Both the position numbers and the translations under genes were made by a program. 64,000 bases of DNA. It comes from Candidatus Woesebacteria bacterium (GTDB taxonomy: Bacteria > Patescibacteriota > Microgenomatia > UBA8517). Positions 47,901-57,460 of this stretch are shown here, piece by piece. The notes beneath the pieces were generated by a model, which was given only the letters and a program-made list of their open reading frames with translations, was not told where the DNA came from and did no database searches. Where the stretch lies: positions 10,479 through 74,478 of the forward strand of contig OY970314.1 of the NCBI GenBank assembly GCA_963716475.1, given 5' to 3'. Within the stretch, counting starts at the first letter, position 1. Each line of letters starts with the position of its first letter.

Positions 47901-49882
47901 GTTCCCCCGATTGTTAACAGATTTGAGGCAGTGGTTTGAACAGACCTTGATCCTCCTGCAAGTGTTAAATCACCCGAAGCTGAAGCACTTCCTGTTACAA
48001 CCAATAGGCCGCTTGCCGGGGTGATCGTGATATTTCCGGAAAGGTTTGAGATGCTCGAAGAGGCATTGTACAGATTTAAAGTTCCGTCATTGGACAGGGT
48101 CAATCTGGTTGAGCCCGATGCTGATGCAGTAAGTATATCTTGTGATTCATACTGATCTACCAGGAATGCCGCTTTCCCGGTCGCGTTGGCTGAGGGTGCA
48201 ACAACAGAGAGTTTTGAAAATGGAGAGGATGTCCCTATACCTATGTTCCCGAAGCCGTTGGGATTAAGGAGAACATTTCCGGTTGTGTTGTAGGTTGAGG
48301 AGTTACCGATGGTTATGCTATTGCGGAGAGTGCTTGAAATGTTACCGTTTCCGTCAATGAAGGTGGCAACACCGGCTGTTGAACCGGAGATACTTGCTGT
48401 CGGAGTATTTTTCAGAACGTTAATGAATGCAAACTTGGCACTGGCTGTGGCACTATTCCCGATTAAAAGATCCATAGTGGTATTACCCGGATATATGGTT
48501 CCGAGGCCAAGGGCCCAGTAGTTGGTTCCAAGGCTTGAAGGGCTTGTCCAAGTAGGCGGTCCGCTATTATTGTGCGTTGTTAAAATATTACCTTCAGTTC
48601 CTGCACCAAGTATTCCACCCATAGTAGTGGTGCTATCGTAGTAGGGAATTGCATACTGAGTGGCCGACGAGTTATTTGCTCCTGTCCCGCCGTATTGTAT
48701 GGGGACAACGCCGCCGTGCCAGGTTCCGCCTGTTATTGTTCCACCGGAGACCGCCAAGCCGTTAATTGTTCCCGATGCTGTTGCATTTCCAACTGCATCA
48801 ACAACAAATCTGTTTGCTGGTGTTGCCCCTGCCTGTAATTGTAGGAGATTGTAACCCGTGGCATTACTGGCGACGGCTCCGTAATAAAGAGATTTTGAGG
48901 TGAGGTTGGCGTCTGTCGCGTTCACAAATCCTCCTGCGCTGCCTCCCGGAGCAGCCCCCGAAAAGTTAAAATTAGCAGATCCGGTTCCATCTGGTGCGAT
49001 AGTGATTGATCCATTAGAACTTGTAGGAGTGCTTATTGTCAGAACTTGTCCTTCAATTGCAAATGTGCCCGATGTTGACTGAATTTTGGGAGAGCCTGCT
49101 GCAATGACCATCTGCCCGGAGTTATTCAATACGGGAACGGTATTGATTGTCGCGGATGAACTGGCCGGATAGCCTTGCAGAGTTTCGGAGTTCAAAGCAT
49201 AGGCAACGGTTGCGATCTGGACTCTGGGAATGGCCTCGGCATCGGCTGCAACAGTAACTCCCAGCCAGACAGCCGCGTTATCCGAAAAAACGCTGCTTGT
49301 AAGTTCTGTTCCGCATCCGTTTCCGAGGAGGATAGAGAAGACTCCATCAATGTCCGGAGAAACGGAACATGAACCTGAATTCCAAAGTGTGCTGCCACCG
49401 CTGGAATTATCGTATAGTTTGAATACAACACCAGTAGCAGTTGTTATCGGATTTCCAAATTGATTTGTCAGCCTGCCCTGGAATGATAGGTAACGGTTCG
49501 GACGGTTCAAGGCAGTAAGAGCGAACGGGGAAGTGGCATTCTTAAAAAACTGATTATATATTCCCAGGCCGACCAGAGATGTAAGGATTAAGGCTATCGC
49601 AATATTAAGATAGTTAACTCCAGGTATGCTTCGATACCTATTGTACCAATTGTAAAGCCTGATTTTCCCCGCAGGTTTTGCGGAGATTTTCCTTTCCTTT
49701 TGCTTTTGAGCCGAGAGAAGATCTCCAAGATTTGTATCTACAATGCCTTCACTTTTAGCCCAGTCAAGAAACTTGCCGATGGATATTGATTTTCTTTTAA
49801 CTGTTGCGGGCGAGAAGTGCCCGATAAGTTCTTCCTGATATTTTCTTATTAAATCCGGTGTGATATTGGGCAGGGTAGCCAT
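32902..49882 (-). CDS. Giant membrane-anchored tail-fibre-like protein of about 5,660 aa, split by a one-base insertion at 40830-40831
   Basis: ORFs 40802-49882 and 32902-40848 join if one C is removed (compare GAGGCCATTACC here with GAGGCATTACC in the repeat copy near 38135). N-terminal half SAM-like domain, TM helix, SFQGRLT head, many GNVGIGTT repeats, DLAEEY...GRVP...GDFLTSS...GKALE chaperone-like domain. Confidence 0.85.
37990..38802. repeat. Near-identical internal repeat of about 0.8 kb (other copies about 40680-41494 and partially 43590-44030)
   Basis: Antisense ORF translations are identical at an offset of 2692 nt (38255/40947, 38495/41187). Confidence 0.9.
40139..40548. repeat. 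410-bp near-identical internal repeat (other copy 48114-48523)
   Basis: Both copies encode NYWALGLGTIYPGNTTMDLL...QDILTASASG. Confidence 0.9.
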
Positions 49883-49885
49883 AAG

Positions 49886-50431
49886 TTAATTTTTTGATTT
49901 GTTTACCAAATTCTGATTTGGCCAAGTTTTGCTTATTTGTTTCTCAGATTCGAGCCAAAGAAGAAAATGTCTTATATCAGAAAGATAGTTTTTGATAGTG
50001 TTAGGAGAGACTTTCTCCCGCTCAAGCTGCCGCCTATAATCACTAAATATTGGATTAATACTAACTCCCTTGACAGGATTTGAACTGACGTTCTCGATGC
50101 CTTCGGTGAAATCATGATCGATAATGTGGCTTCCAAGTAGGAATCTTGACAGGTGCCTTAGGGTTGAAAGTCTGCGGTTTGTGGTCTTAGCCGGAACAGA
50201 ATTTCCAATCATGAAGTTTCTATATTCCTGAGCGAGCTCGGTGTTTAGAAAGGGGACAGTCTCAGTTAAAGATTCAATGTAGCTTCCCAATGATCTGATC
50301 TTCAATATAGCCCAGGCAAGGAAATGAACCAGATCGCTCCTGTAATTTTTATGGGATCGCGGGGAAAGACCTAGAGAGTTGAGGTAAATAATAAATTCTT
50401 TTCTGATTAAATCTGATTTTTGGTTGGGCAT
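49886..50431 (-). CDS. Non-catalytic tyrosine-recombinase core-binding (phage integrase N-terminal SAM-like) domain protein
   Basis: LSPRSHKNYRSDLVHFLAW...TTNRRLSTLRHLSRFL (full domain) then VSPNTIKNYLSDIRHFLLWL (first half of a second). No R...HxxR...Y catalytic domain. Confidence 0.85.
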   Translation of the reverse strand: MPNQKSDLIRKEFIIYLNSLGLSPRSHKNYRSDLVHFLAWAILKIRSLGSYIESLTETVPFLNTELAQEYRNFMIGNSVPAKTTNRRLSTLRHLSRFLLGSHIIDHDFTEGIENVSSNPVKGVSINPIFSDYRRQLEREKVSPNTIKNYLSDIRHFLLWLESEKQISKTWPNQNLVNKSKN

Positions 50432-50472
50432 TAAGTTAAGGCTAGATTATACTAAATTATACTAATTAGACT

Positions 50473-50501
50473 ATTATTAAAGCATTTAATAAAGCTGTCA
50501 A
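50473..50501 (-). promoter_or_regulatory. Probable promoter of the giant-fibre operon
   Basis: Minus-strand TTGACA-17-AATAAT in an AT-rich intergenic region, followed by an ATTATACTAA direct repeat. Confidence 0.5.
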
Positions 50502-50955
50502 GAGCCTATTAGTGGCAAATTTCAATTATGTTTTTTTATTTTTTAAAATATATTTCACGCAGTATATAGTTAAATTACCGCATCTATTTCACCCCTCTTA
50601 GATATACAAATACGATTAAATGCACAACTCATAACAGTTATATTTTGGCATTTTAGACACTATTATCGTGCCTGGATATTTATTGCGGAGATATGCGTTT
50701 AATAACGAGACGTTTTTAAAGTTGCGGTAAACTATATTGGATTACGCTATATAAGTATATCAAACAACATCTGATGAACATTAGTTCCGGAATTCCTGTT
50801 TTATGTGTGTAATTAGCAGTTTGATTAATGAAGTGCCAGGATTTATTGTACCGTTTTTGCTCCGTATTTATGGGAATTATATTTTTAGTTGGCTTAAGAG
50901 AGGTGAAGGAGTAAAAAAGCTTGATTTTTTTGTTCCTGTATATGATGATTGTATC

Positions 50956-51426
50956 ATGGACGAGAAAAGAAATACAAGGATATCAAAATCTGCCATATAC
51001 TTACTGGTCATCGTTGTAATCCTAATTCTAATCTTATTGTTTTTTCTGTATTTGATCCATAGCCCCCTCATCTTTAGAAGCGGAGCCTATACATCTACTA
51101 CCACAGTAACCCAGACAAATAATGTCCCAAGTTTGTCGACAGACAATTCATATGTTTTTGCTTCCCCCTTAAGGGCTAAAGCCAACGGAGAGCAAATCAG
51201 AATTACAGTCTTCATTCTTGATGACAGAGGCATTGGGATGTCCGGTAAAACGGTTTCCATAGGAGGCGGGGACCAACTTCAGGTTACGCCTGTTCAGCCG
51301 GTTACAGACAGTCAGGGAAGAGCCACTTTCGATATAAGCTCAGGCAGTACTCCCGGGGTTTATATAATTCAGGCTGCGACTGGCGGGGTAACGCTAACGC
51401 AAAAGGCAACTGTGACCTTCGATTAA
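50956..51426 (+). CDS. Membrane-anchored invasin-type Ig-like (Big_1) domain protein
   Basis: TM helix then ANG...ITVFILD...TDSQGRATF...GVYIIQA. Start moved to ATG 50956. Confidence 0.75.
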   Translation: MDEKRNTRISKSAIYLLVIVVILILILLFFLYLIHSPLIFRSGAYTSTTTVTQTNNVPSLSTDNSYVFASPLRAKANGEQIRITVFILDDRGIGMSGKTVSIGGGDQLQVTPVQPVTDSQGRATFDISSGSTPGVYIIQAATGGVTLTQKATVTFD

Positions 51427-52361
51427 ACCCGGGGTAGACGCTTCGATCTTAAGTAATTTTGATATTCATTGATGGGATTTGAAGTATTTGGAGATACCTT
51501 TATCTTACTTCTTTTGGATGAAAATAGCGTAATAATAATGATCAAAATAATCAGTACTTCCAAGACGATAAGTACCCGCAGGTTTAATAAAGAAAGGATT
51601 AATTTCCAAATATTTTCCAATAAGGCAAGCATCGGGGAAATTACCCTAAAGGTCAGGGTGTTGCTCTTGGGGGAAGTTGACCCTTGAGAATATGTCGTAA
51701 TGGCAAATACGCGCCAGTTATTGGGTGATGCATCCGGCATATTAAAACTAAAATTACCCCGGGAGTCGGATTTAACAGTATAATTTGGAATATAATATGC
51801 CAAAGCAGTCTTTACGATACTAAAAATGGCAAGGCTTCTGCCTGTATTTTCCTCGGCCAGTACAATTTTGACTTCGGAATTTGGGATAGTGATTCCGCTT
51901 ACTCCGGTTTGAGTAGAAGGAGAAACAGTTCCCGCCTCCAGACTTAGGGTGGGTGGTAATATTACGGGTCCGATATCGTAGCTAAATTCATTTGCGGGAA
52001 GAGCCGGAATGCATGTGGGTGGCGTTGCCCTGCCGATCAAGTCGATTCCGGTTAAACATAACTCGGGGTAGAGAAGACCAATGGGTGACGGCAAAAAGGC
52101 TTTTGAAAATTCAAAATAGCCGTCGGTTCTGGCATATGTGAAGTCTTCAACTCCGTTACCTCTCAGTTCAACCCTTGAGTTTGAAGGCCCATAACCCCAA
52201 AGTCTTAATACAGGCGCTCCAAGGCTTGCGGAGATTGTCACCTGGGCCTCCTTAGTTAAATAATTCAGTGGTGTAAGGGCTGCGGCGGTTAAACCTTTAG
52301 CTGACAGAAAAAGGCCACACACAATGAACCAAGCTGCGAAGATTACGGCAGATCGTTTCAT
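51423..52361 (-). CDS. Secreted Ig-like protein with C-terminal TM anchor
   Basis: Signal peptide, two G.(G/T).PNS.V repeats, C-terminal hydrophobic helix and basic tail. Confidence 0.7.
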   Translation of the reverse strand: MKRSAVIFAAWFIVCGLFLSAKGLTAAALTPLNYLTKEAQVTISASLGAPVLRLWGYGPSNSRVELRGNGVEDFTYARTDGYFEFSKAFLPSPIGLLYPELCLTGIDLIGRATPPTCIPALPANEFSYDIGPVILPPTLSLEAGTVSPSTQTGVSGITIPNSEVKIVLAEENTGRSLAIFSIVKTALAYYIPNYTVKSDSRGNFSFNMPDASPNNWRVFAITTYSQGSTSPKSNTLTFRVISPMLALLENIWKLILSLLNLRVLIVLEVLIILIIIITLFSSKRSKIKVSPNTSNPINEYQNYLRSKRLPRV

Positions 52362-52365
52362 GGCC

Positions 52366-53838
52366 TTAAAAAGTTGCGGTTACCGTATATTTGGCGATGT
52401 TGTAATAATAACCCGAAGGCTGATTACCCGGAACAGTTATTTTGTAGCAAACATAGACACTGCTGCCGCTAACGGGTCCTGCGTTACTCATTATGGCTTG
52501 CGCCGTTTCGCTTCCCCCCTTGTCGGCCAGCTGTTTTGCACTGAAAGTTCTTGTCATTTCATTATAGAAAAATGGGGCGTCACTTCCGCTTTGGCTGGCC
52601 AGGGAATAACCAAGGCCCGGATAACTTGTTGAGTTTGTCCAATCTGAAGCTACTGATTCTGAGCAATTACCCGAGGCACATACAGTATCTCTGATGCAGG
52701 TGGCCGAACCAAAAGTGTAATCTCCTGCGGAGGGGGAGGTACCGGTACAGGCATTTCCGTTCTTACCCATTTGGTCATTTTCTTCAATTGTTACAACATA
52801 TCCACCCGCCGAGTTTGTGTTTACAATCAGTTGCTGAGCGGCATAGTAGAAAGTATTGGCGGCTGCCAGGTGTCCCCAAGGAATTGATGTGGGGGTTGAC
52901 GTAACCGAAGTGGTTTGTCCGCAAATGGATGGGGTAGAAGTTGCGACACCGGATACGATAAAGGATAAACTTTCGTCTATCGTTGCGGATATTAAAACAG
53001 CCTCTACCAGGAATGCCCTGGGCACAGATGAATCCAAAGTGCCGTTAAGTTCGTTACGGGTTGCAACTGTAACACCGTAAATATCTGCCGTTCCCTGAGT
53101 ATGCCCCGTGGTAATGGGGGCGGGGTTTACTATGCCACCGCCTCCGATTGTGATCACAATCGCAGTTCCTCCCGTACATGTAGCCGTGTTTCTGGGAATG
53201 GAAATCGTGTGGTCGGTTGTTCCGCTTCCTACTGTTATAACCGGCGTTCCCCAGTCGGCAGGAGTGCATCCTGTGATACCTATATTTCCGGCCACAAGCC
53301 CATTCAAATCAAAGCCGTTGTGAGCAATAGTATCGGAAGAATCCGGGATTCCGTTATTGCCGTTGGCGTTATCCGCCATCGGGATCGTGATCAGAATGCT
53401 GCCGCCGTTTGGAACTTCGGAAGCCGTAGTAAAGGCTACAGTCCAGGTCCCTGACTGTGAGGCAACCGCATAACCCGAGGTGTCGAGATTGTCGGTAAGC
53501 GGAGTGGTCAGATTAAAATTTGTTGCGTTTACAATGCTGCTTACGGTGTATGTTTTATTTCCGATGCATCCGTTTTGTCCCGCATCTGTAAAACAGACGG
53601 TATCTCCCGGAAAAAGATGATTGGTATTATTGTCGGGGAAACCTGTACCTGTGATTGTCACGGCTGAGGATCCTAAAGAACCCGAAGCAACACCGGCCTT
53701 ATACGACAGTCTGGAATTTCCTATTGCTACAGAAGTAGCAGTCAATGCGGCATCCGCGTTTTTTGGAAAAAGGATGAAAAGGGCAGCCAGAATTGCAACA
53801 AAAACGCCCACGAGAACTATTGGTTTTTGTTTGTCCAT
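52366..53838 (-). CDS. Secreted surface protein with WxL-like C-terminal domain (paralog of 54986-56472)
   Basis: Signal peptide, LIVNTNSAGGYVVT, terminal GYYYNIAKYTVTATF. Confidence 0.65.
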   Translation of the reverse strand: MDKQKPIVLVGVFVAILAALFILFPKNADAALTATSVAIGNSRLSYKAGVASGSLGSSAVTITGTGFPDNNTNHLFPGDTVCFTDAGQNGCIGNKTYTVSSIVNATNFNLTTPLTDNLDTSGYAVASQSGTWTVAFTTASEVPNGGSILITIPMADNANGNNGIPDSSDTIAHNGFDLNGLVAGNIGITGCTPADWGTPVITVGSGTTDHTISIPRNTATCTGGTAIVITIGGGGIVNPAPITTGHTQGTADIYGVTVATRNELNGTLDSSVPRAFLVEAVLISATIDESLSFIVSGVATSTPSICGQTTSVTSTPTSIPWGHLAAANTFYYAAQQLIVNTNSAGGYVVTIEENDQMGKNGNACTGTSPSAGDYTFGSATCIRDTVCASGNCSESVASDWTNSTSYPGLGYSLASQSGSDAPFFYNEMTRTFSAKQLADKGGSETAQAIMSNAGPVSGSSVYVCYKITVPGNQPSGYYYNIAKYTVTATF

Positions 53839-53893
53839 AGTCTTACCTAGTTATTATACTAATCCTTTGGGATCTTGACCACAACACATCGGA

Positions 53894-54970
53894 CTATTTA
53901 GTCTCTTTACTTGGAGGCGTCTCATCTTTTGGAGTATTCTCGCCTGTTATCTTGTCTTTGAGCTCTTCTTTCAGGGTCTCAAGCTCGGTCTTTTCCTCTT
54001 TGATTTCCTCGACCAACTTCTCCTCTTTCTTTTTCATTCTCTTGTACCACATGGTCCCTGTTAGGGCGATTATGACAAGCGCCAGGAGTATTGCCAGCAT
54101 TATCTTCCAAGGGAGAACCCACATGACAAAAGTAGAAGCAAGAAGTTTTCCGGTATCTCCGTAAGTTGCGTTGAGATTTACAGTAAATCTGCCGATCATC
54201 AATTTCTGCCCAAGCTCGTTGGTGTAGGATCTGGAAGTACCGGGGAATATATTTTTTGAATCAAGATTACTCTTGGCAACAACCCGGCCAAATATGTCTT
54301 TCAAAGTGACCGCGCCCTGGGGGGTAATGTGGTAGTTGCCCTGATTTAAGATTTGTGTAGTGATGGTCGTCGGCCCGTATTCCAGGAAAGTCGGACCCAG
54401 GAACTTTGTAACGGAAGCGCTTTCAGTAATGGGCCCCGCCACTCTTATGTATATTAATGACGCCAGACGTATTGCGATCGGAGTTTCCTGAGCAAAGGCG
54501 GGGTTACCCAGGGTTAAGCTTCCCGATGGCTGGAATAAAACTGCCGCATACCGTCCGCCGGGAGCGGCATTTGCAGGAACACTAATTGTGATCGGAACTG
54601 CCTCATTTCCCTTGGCTGCTATCGTTAGACTATCTTTCGGAACCGAGATCCATTTTGCTGCCGAATACTGTGCCGGGATTTGGGTTGTCCCTACCACTTG
54701 GGGATTGTCCAGAAACACCGGTGTGCCGTTATTATCCTCGACTATGAAATCAACGACGCTCAGTGTTCCTGTGACGGGAGTATCACCCTGATTCAGGAAT
54801 TTCACCGAGGTAGAGAAGTGTTCGCCTGGATTAATCAGTGCCTCCTGTTTTGGTGGAATAACGGTTAAAGGCAATACCTGTTCGGATTGAGCATGAATAC
54901 GTGCAGCTGCAACGATACCTCCAAGAAGAATTAAGAATGTTGTAATGATTAGGGCAGTTTTTTTCATCAT
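53894..54970 (-). CDS. WxL-interacting protein-like (DUF916/DUF3324-like) membrane-anchored protein
   Basis: VIPP...INPGE, KWI, VPANAAPGGRYAAVLF, NQGNYHITPQG, IFPGTSR, C-terminal TM helix. Confidence 0.65.
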   Translation of the reverse strand: MMKKTALIITTFLILLGGIVAAARIHAQSEQVLPLTVIPPKQEALINPGEHFSTSVKFLNQGDTPVTGTLSVVDFIVEDNNGTPVFLDNPQVVGTTQIPAQYSAAKWISVPKDSLTIAAKGNEAVPITISVPANAAPGGRYAAVLFQPSGSLTLGNPAFAQETPIAIRLASLIYIRVAGPITESASVTKFLGPTFLEYGPTTITTQILNQGNYHITPQGAVTLKDIFGRVVAKSNLDSKNIFPGTSRSYTNELGQKLMIGRFTVNLNATYGDTGKLLASTFVMWVLPWKIMLAILLALVIIALTGTMWYKRMKKKEEKLVEEIKEEKTELETLKEELKDKITGENTPKDETPPSKETK

Positions 54971-54985
54971 TTTATGTTAACACTT

Positions 54986-56472
54986 TTAGAATGTTGCCGT
55001 TGCCGTGTACTTGGCCATGTTGTAATAATAACCGCCGGTTGATTACCGGGTATAGTTATTTTATAACAAACATAGATACTACTTCCACTAACAGGCCCGC
55101 TATTGCTCATAATTGAGGCCGGAGTTTCAGCAGCAGCTCCGACTCCTGATACGTCAGCAAGTTGTTTTGCACTCCAAACCCTGGTCTTTTCGTTATAGAA
55201 GAAAGGTGCATCGCTCCCGCTTTGACTGGCCAGAGAATAACCCAAACCGGGGTAGCTCGTTGCGTTTACCCAGTTGGCTGCGGTTGATTCCGAGCAGGTG
55301 CCGTCACAGGTTGTGTCCCTGATACAGGTAGCTGACCCAAAAGTATAGTCATTGGCAGAAGGCGCAGTACCCGTACATGCCCCGCCGTTTCTACCCATTT
55401 GGTCATCCTCGTCAATAGTAACTGTATAACCCGAGGAGGCATTTGTATTAACCGTTAATTGTTGGGCGGCATAAACGAAAGTATTGGCTGCGGTGAAATG
55501 CCCCCAGGGGATCGAGGTGGCAGTAGCGCTTACCGATGCGCCGAAACCGCAATATGTACCTCCGGCAGCAAGCCCGGTAACAACAAACTGGAGAGTTTCA
55601 TCTACAGTTCCCGAAATCAAAACGGCCTCGACGGGAGCAACTCGTGGTATAGATGAATCAAGAATATTGCCGCTGCCGTCCCTGGTTTGTATTGTTATGC
55701 CATATACATCCGCAGTTCCCTGTGTATGACTGGTGGTTACGGGAGCGGGGTTGGCGATACCGGGTCCGCCCAAAAGAAGGGTAACTGCGCCTGCTGTGCA
55801 GATGGAAGAGGCTCTGGTCCAAGTGATCATCGTGTCGACGGTTCCGCTTCCGGTTGCTATTGTCGCTGTTCCCCAGTTAGCCGGGGTACAGCCGGCTGAG
55901 ACTACGGCATTGCTTGGTCCTAGAGTTTTTATATCAAACCCACTGTAAGCGGAAGAGGTGGCGCTGTCGGGAATGCTGTCATGCCCGTTGACACCGTCTG
56001 CCATAGGAATTGTTATTGTCAGACTACCCCCGATTGGAACCTCGGAGACAGTGGTAAATCCTATGGTCCAAATCCCCGATTCAGTGGCGATTACATATCC
56101 GCTTCCGTCAAGGGTGTTTGTAAGTACGGTAGTCAGATTAATGTGGGTGGTATCGGGAACGCTGTCCACGGTATAAGTTTTACTTCCCGTGCATCCGTTT
56201 ATCCCTGCATCGGTAAAACAGACAACATCTCCCGGAAAAATATGATTGGTATTGTTATCGGGGTAACCCGAGTTTTTAATTGTTACTACGGAAGTACCGG
56301 TCGTTCCGGAAGAAATACCGGCTTTATACGACAACCTGGAATTGGCCAAAGTTACCGCGGAACTCGTCAGCGAGGCACTATTTGCCTTTTTCGTAAGGCG
56401 GTCGGAGAGAACAGCGAGAGTCAAAACAAAAACGAGTGCAAATATCAATAAAACAGCTCTGCGCTTATGCAT
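54986..56472 (-). CDS. Secreted surface protein with WxL-like C-terminal domain; one-base deletion near 55034 alters the last residues
   Basis: Paralog of 52366-53838. Restoring one base gives GYYYNMAKYTATATF with TAA at 54986. Confidence 0.7.
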
Positions 56473-56539
56473 ACCAACAAATTCTTATACATATAATAAC
56501 ACCTGTCAAGTAACAGTTGTCAAATATCGAAGGTAATAA

Positions 56540-57460
56540 CTAAGATGTTAGCTTTCTTATCGCACGATAAATGATGAATATAGTAATAAGTCCCAGAATA
56601 ATGGAAAACGGAAAAGCTACTGTATAAATTTGTTTTTCAATACTTTCACCTGACCCGTCAATAGTAAAACTTAAATTAGCCCGGTATATTCCGATTAAAA
56701 ATTTACCCGGCAACTTACAGGGGATTAGATCTTCTCCCTGGATGCATGAGGTTTGCCGGGATCCGCCGACGAGTATATTAAGGGGTGCCAGGTTTAGAAC
56801 GGTGGTTGAACCGAAAACTTGATCAATCGTGATTTTTCCTATCGGTTTAAAGAAACTGAAACCGGAATTTCCAATCAGAACGTTATAGTTGAGGCCGGAG
56901 AAGGAATCGATAATTTTTGGTGCAGAGAAATCCGTTATTGATGCTTTCTTTTGCGGGTTACCGTCTTTTGACACGGTTATCAGAATGTTTGCACCAACCC
57001 GTGACTTTGCTTGAGAGTTGTTGGTTCCCAAATTGCTGTCATTTTGGACTTCAATAATAAATGTAAAATAATAATCTTTTTCCTCCGCTCCCGGGGGCGG
57101 CGTAATTTTTACAATAAAATTATGGCTTCCGGTTGTTCCGAGAGATATAGGAGTGGGATCAAAGAAGAACCAACCGGTAAAAGCATTGACAGAATTTGTG
57201 TCTTCAATAAGTTCCGCATGACCCTGATTGTCAAAAGGTACGAATGGAAAAACTTTTGCTGCTATGACGACGGGTGCGCCGTCATTTTTTACCGTAAATG
57301 TTTGGCTGAAGCTTCTGCCGGGCTGAATTTTAAGTTCGGTTATGGGGGGAGCGATAGAAATGGAAATCTCCTGAGCCCTGACCGTCTTGGGAAAAGCGAA
57401 TAAGCCAATAACCAAATATGTAATAAAAATACAAAAGATTTTGAGTTTATATTTTGTCAT
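56540..57460 (-). CDS. Second WxL-interacting protein-like (DUF916-like) membrane-anchored protein
   Basis: IAPP...IQPG, PPGAEEKDYYF, NSGFSFFKPIG, NILVGGSR, C-terminal TM helix. Confidence 0.6.
   Translation of the reverse strand: MTKYKLKIFCIFITYLVIGLFAFPKTVRAQEISISIAPPITELKIQPGRSFSQTFTVKNDGAPVVIAAKVFPFVPFDNQGHAELIEDTNSVNAFTGWFFFDPTPISLGTTGSHNFIVKITPPPGAEEKDYYFTFIIEVQNDSNLGTNNSQAKSRVGANILITVSKDGNPQKKASITDFSAPKIIDSFSGLNYNVLIGNSGFSFFKPIGKITIDQVFGSTTVLNLAPLNILVGGSRQTSCIQGEDLIPCKLPGKFLIGIYRANLSFTIDGSGESIEKQIYTVAFPFSIILGLITIFIIYRAIRKLTS

Noticed and set aside
37130-48523. Repeats as a CRISPR array, shufflon or diversity-generating retroelement
   Set aside because: They are long in-frame coding repeats in direct orientation. 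No spacers, cas genes, invertase or reverse transcriptase were seen, and no adenine-specific mismatch pattern was noticed.
24480-49463. Numerous plus-strand ORFs of 60-130 aa
   Set aside because: Antisense shadows of the Gly/Ser/Thr-rich minus-strand genes; they repeat wherever the coding repeats do.
49886-50431. Functional site-specific integrase or prophage
   Set aside because: No catalytic domain, and no capsid, terminase or other phage genes in the window.
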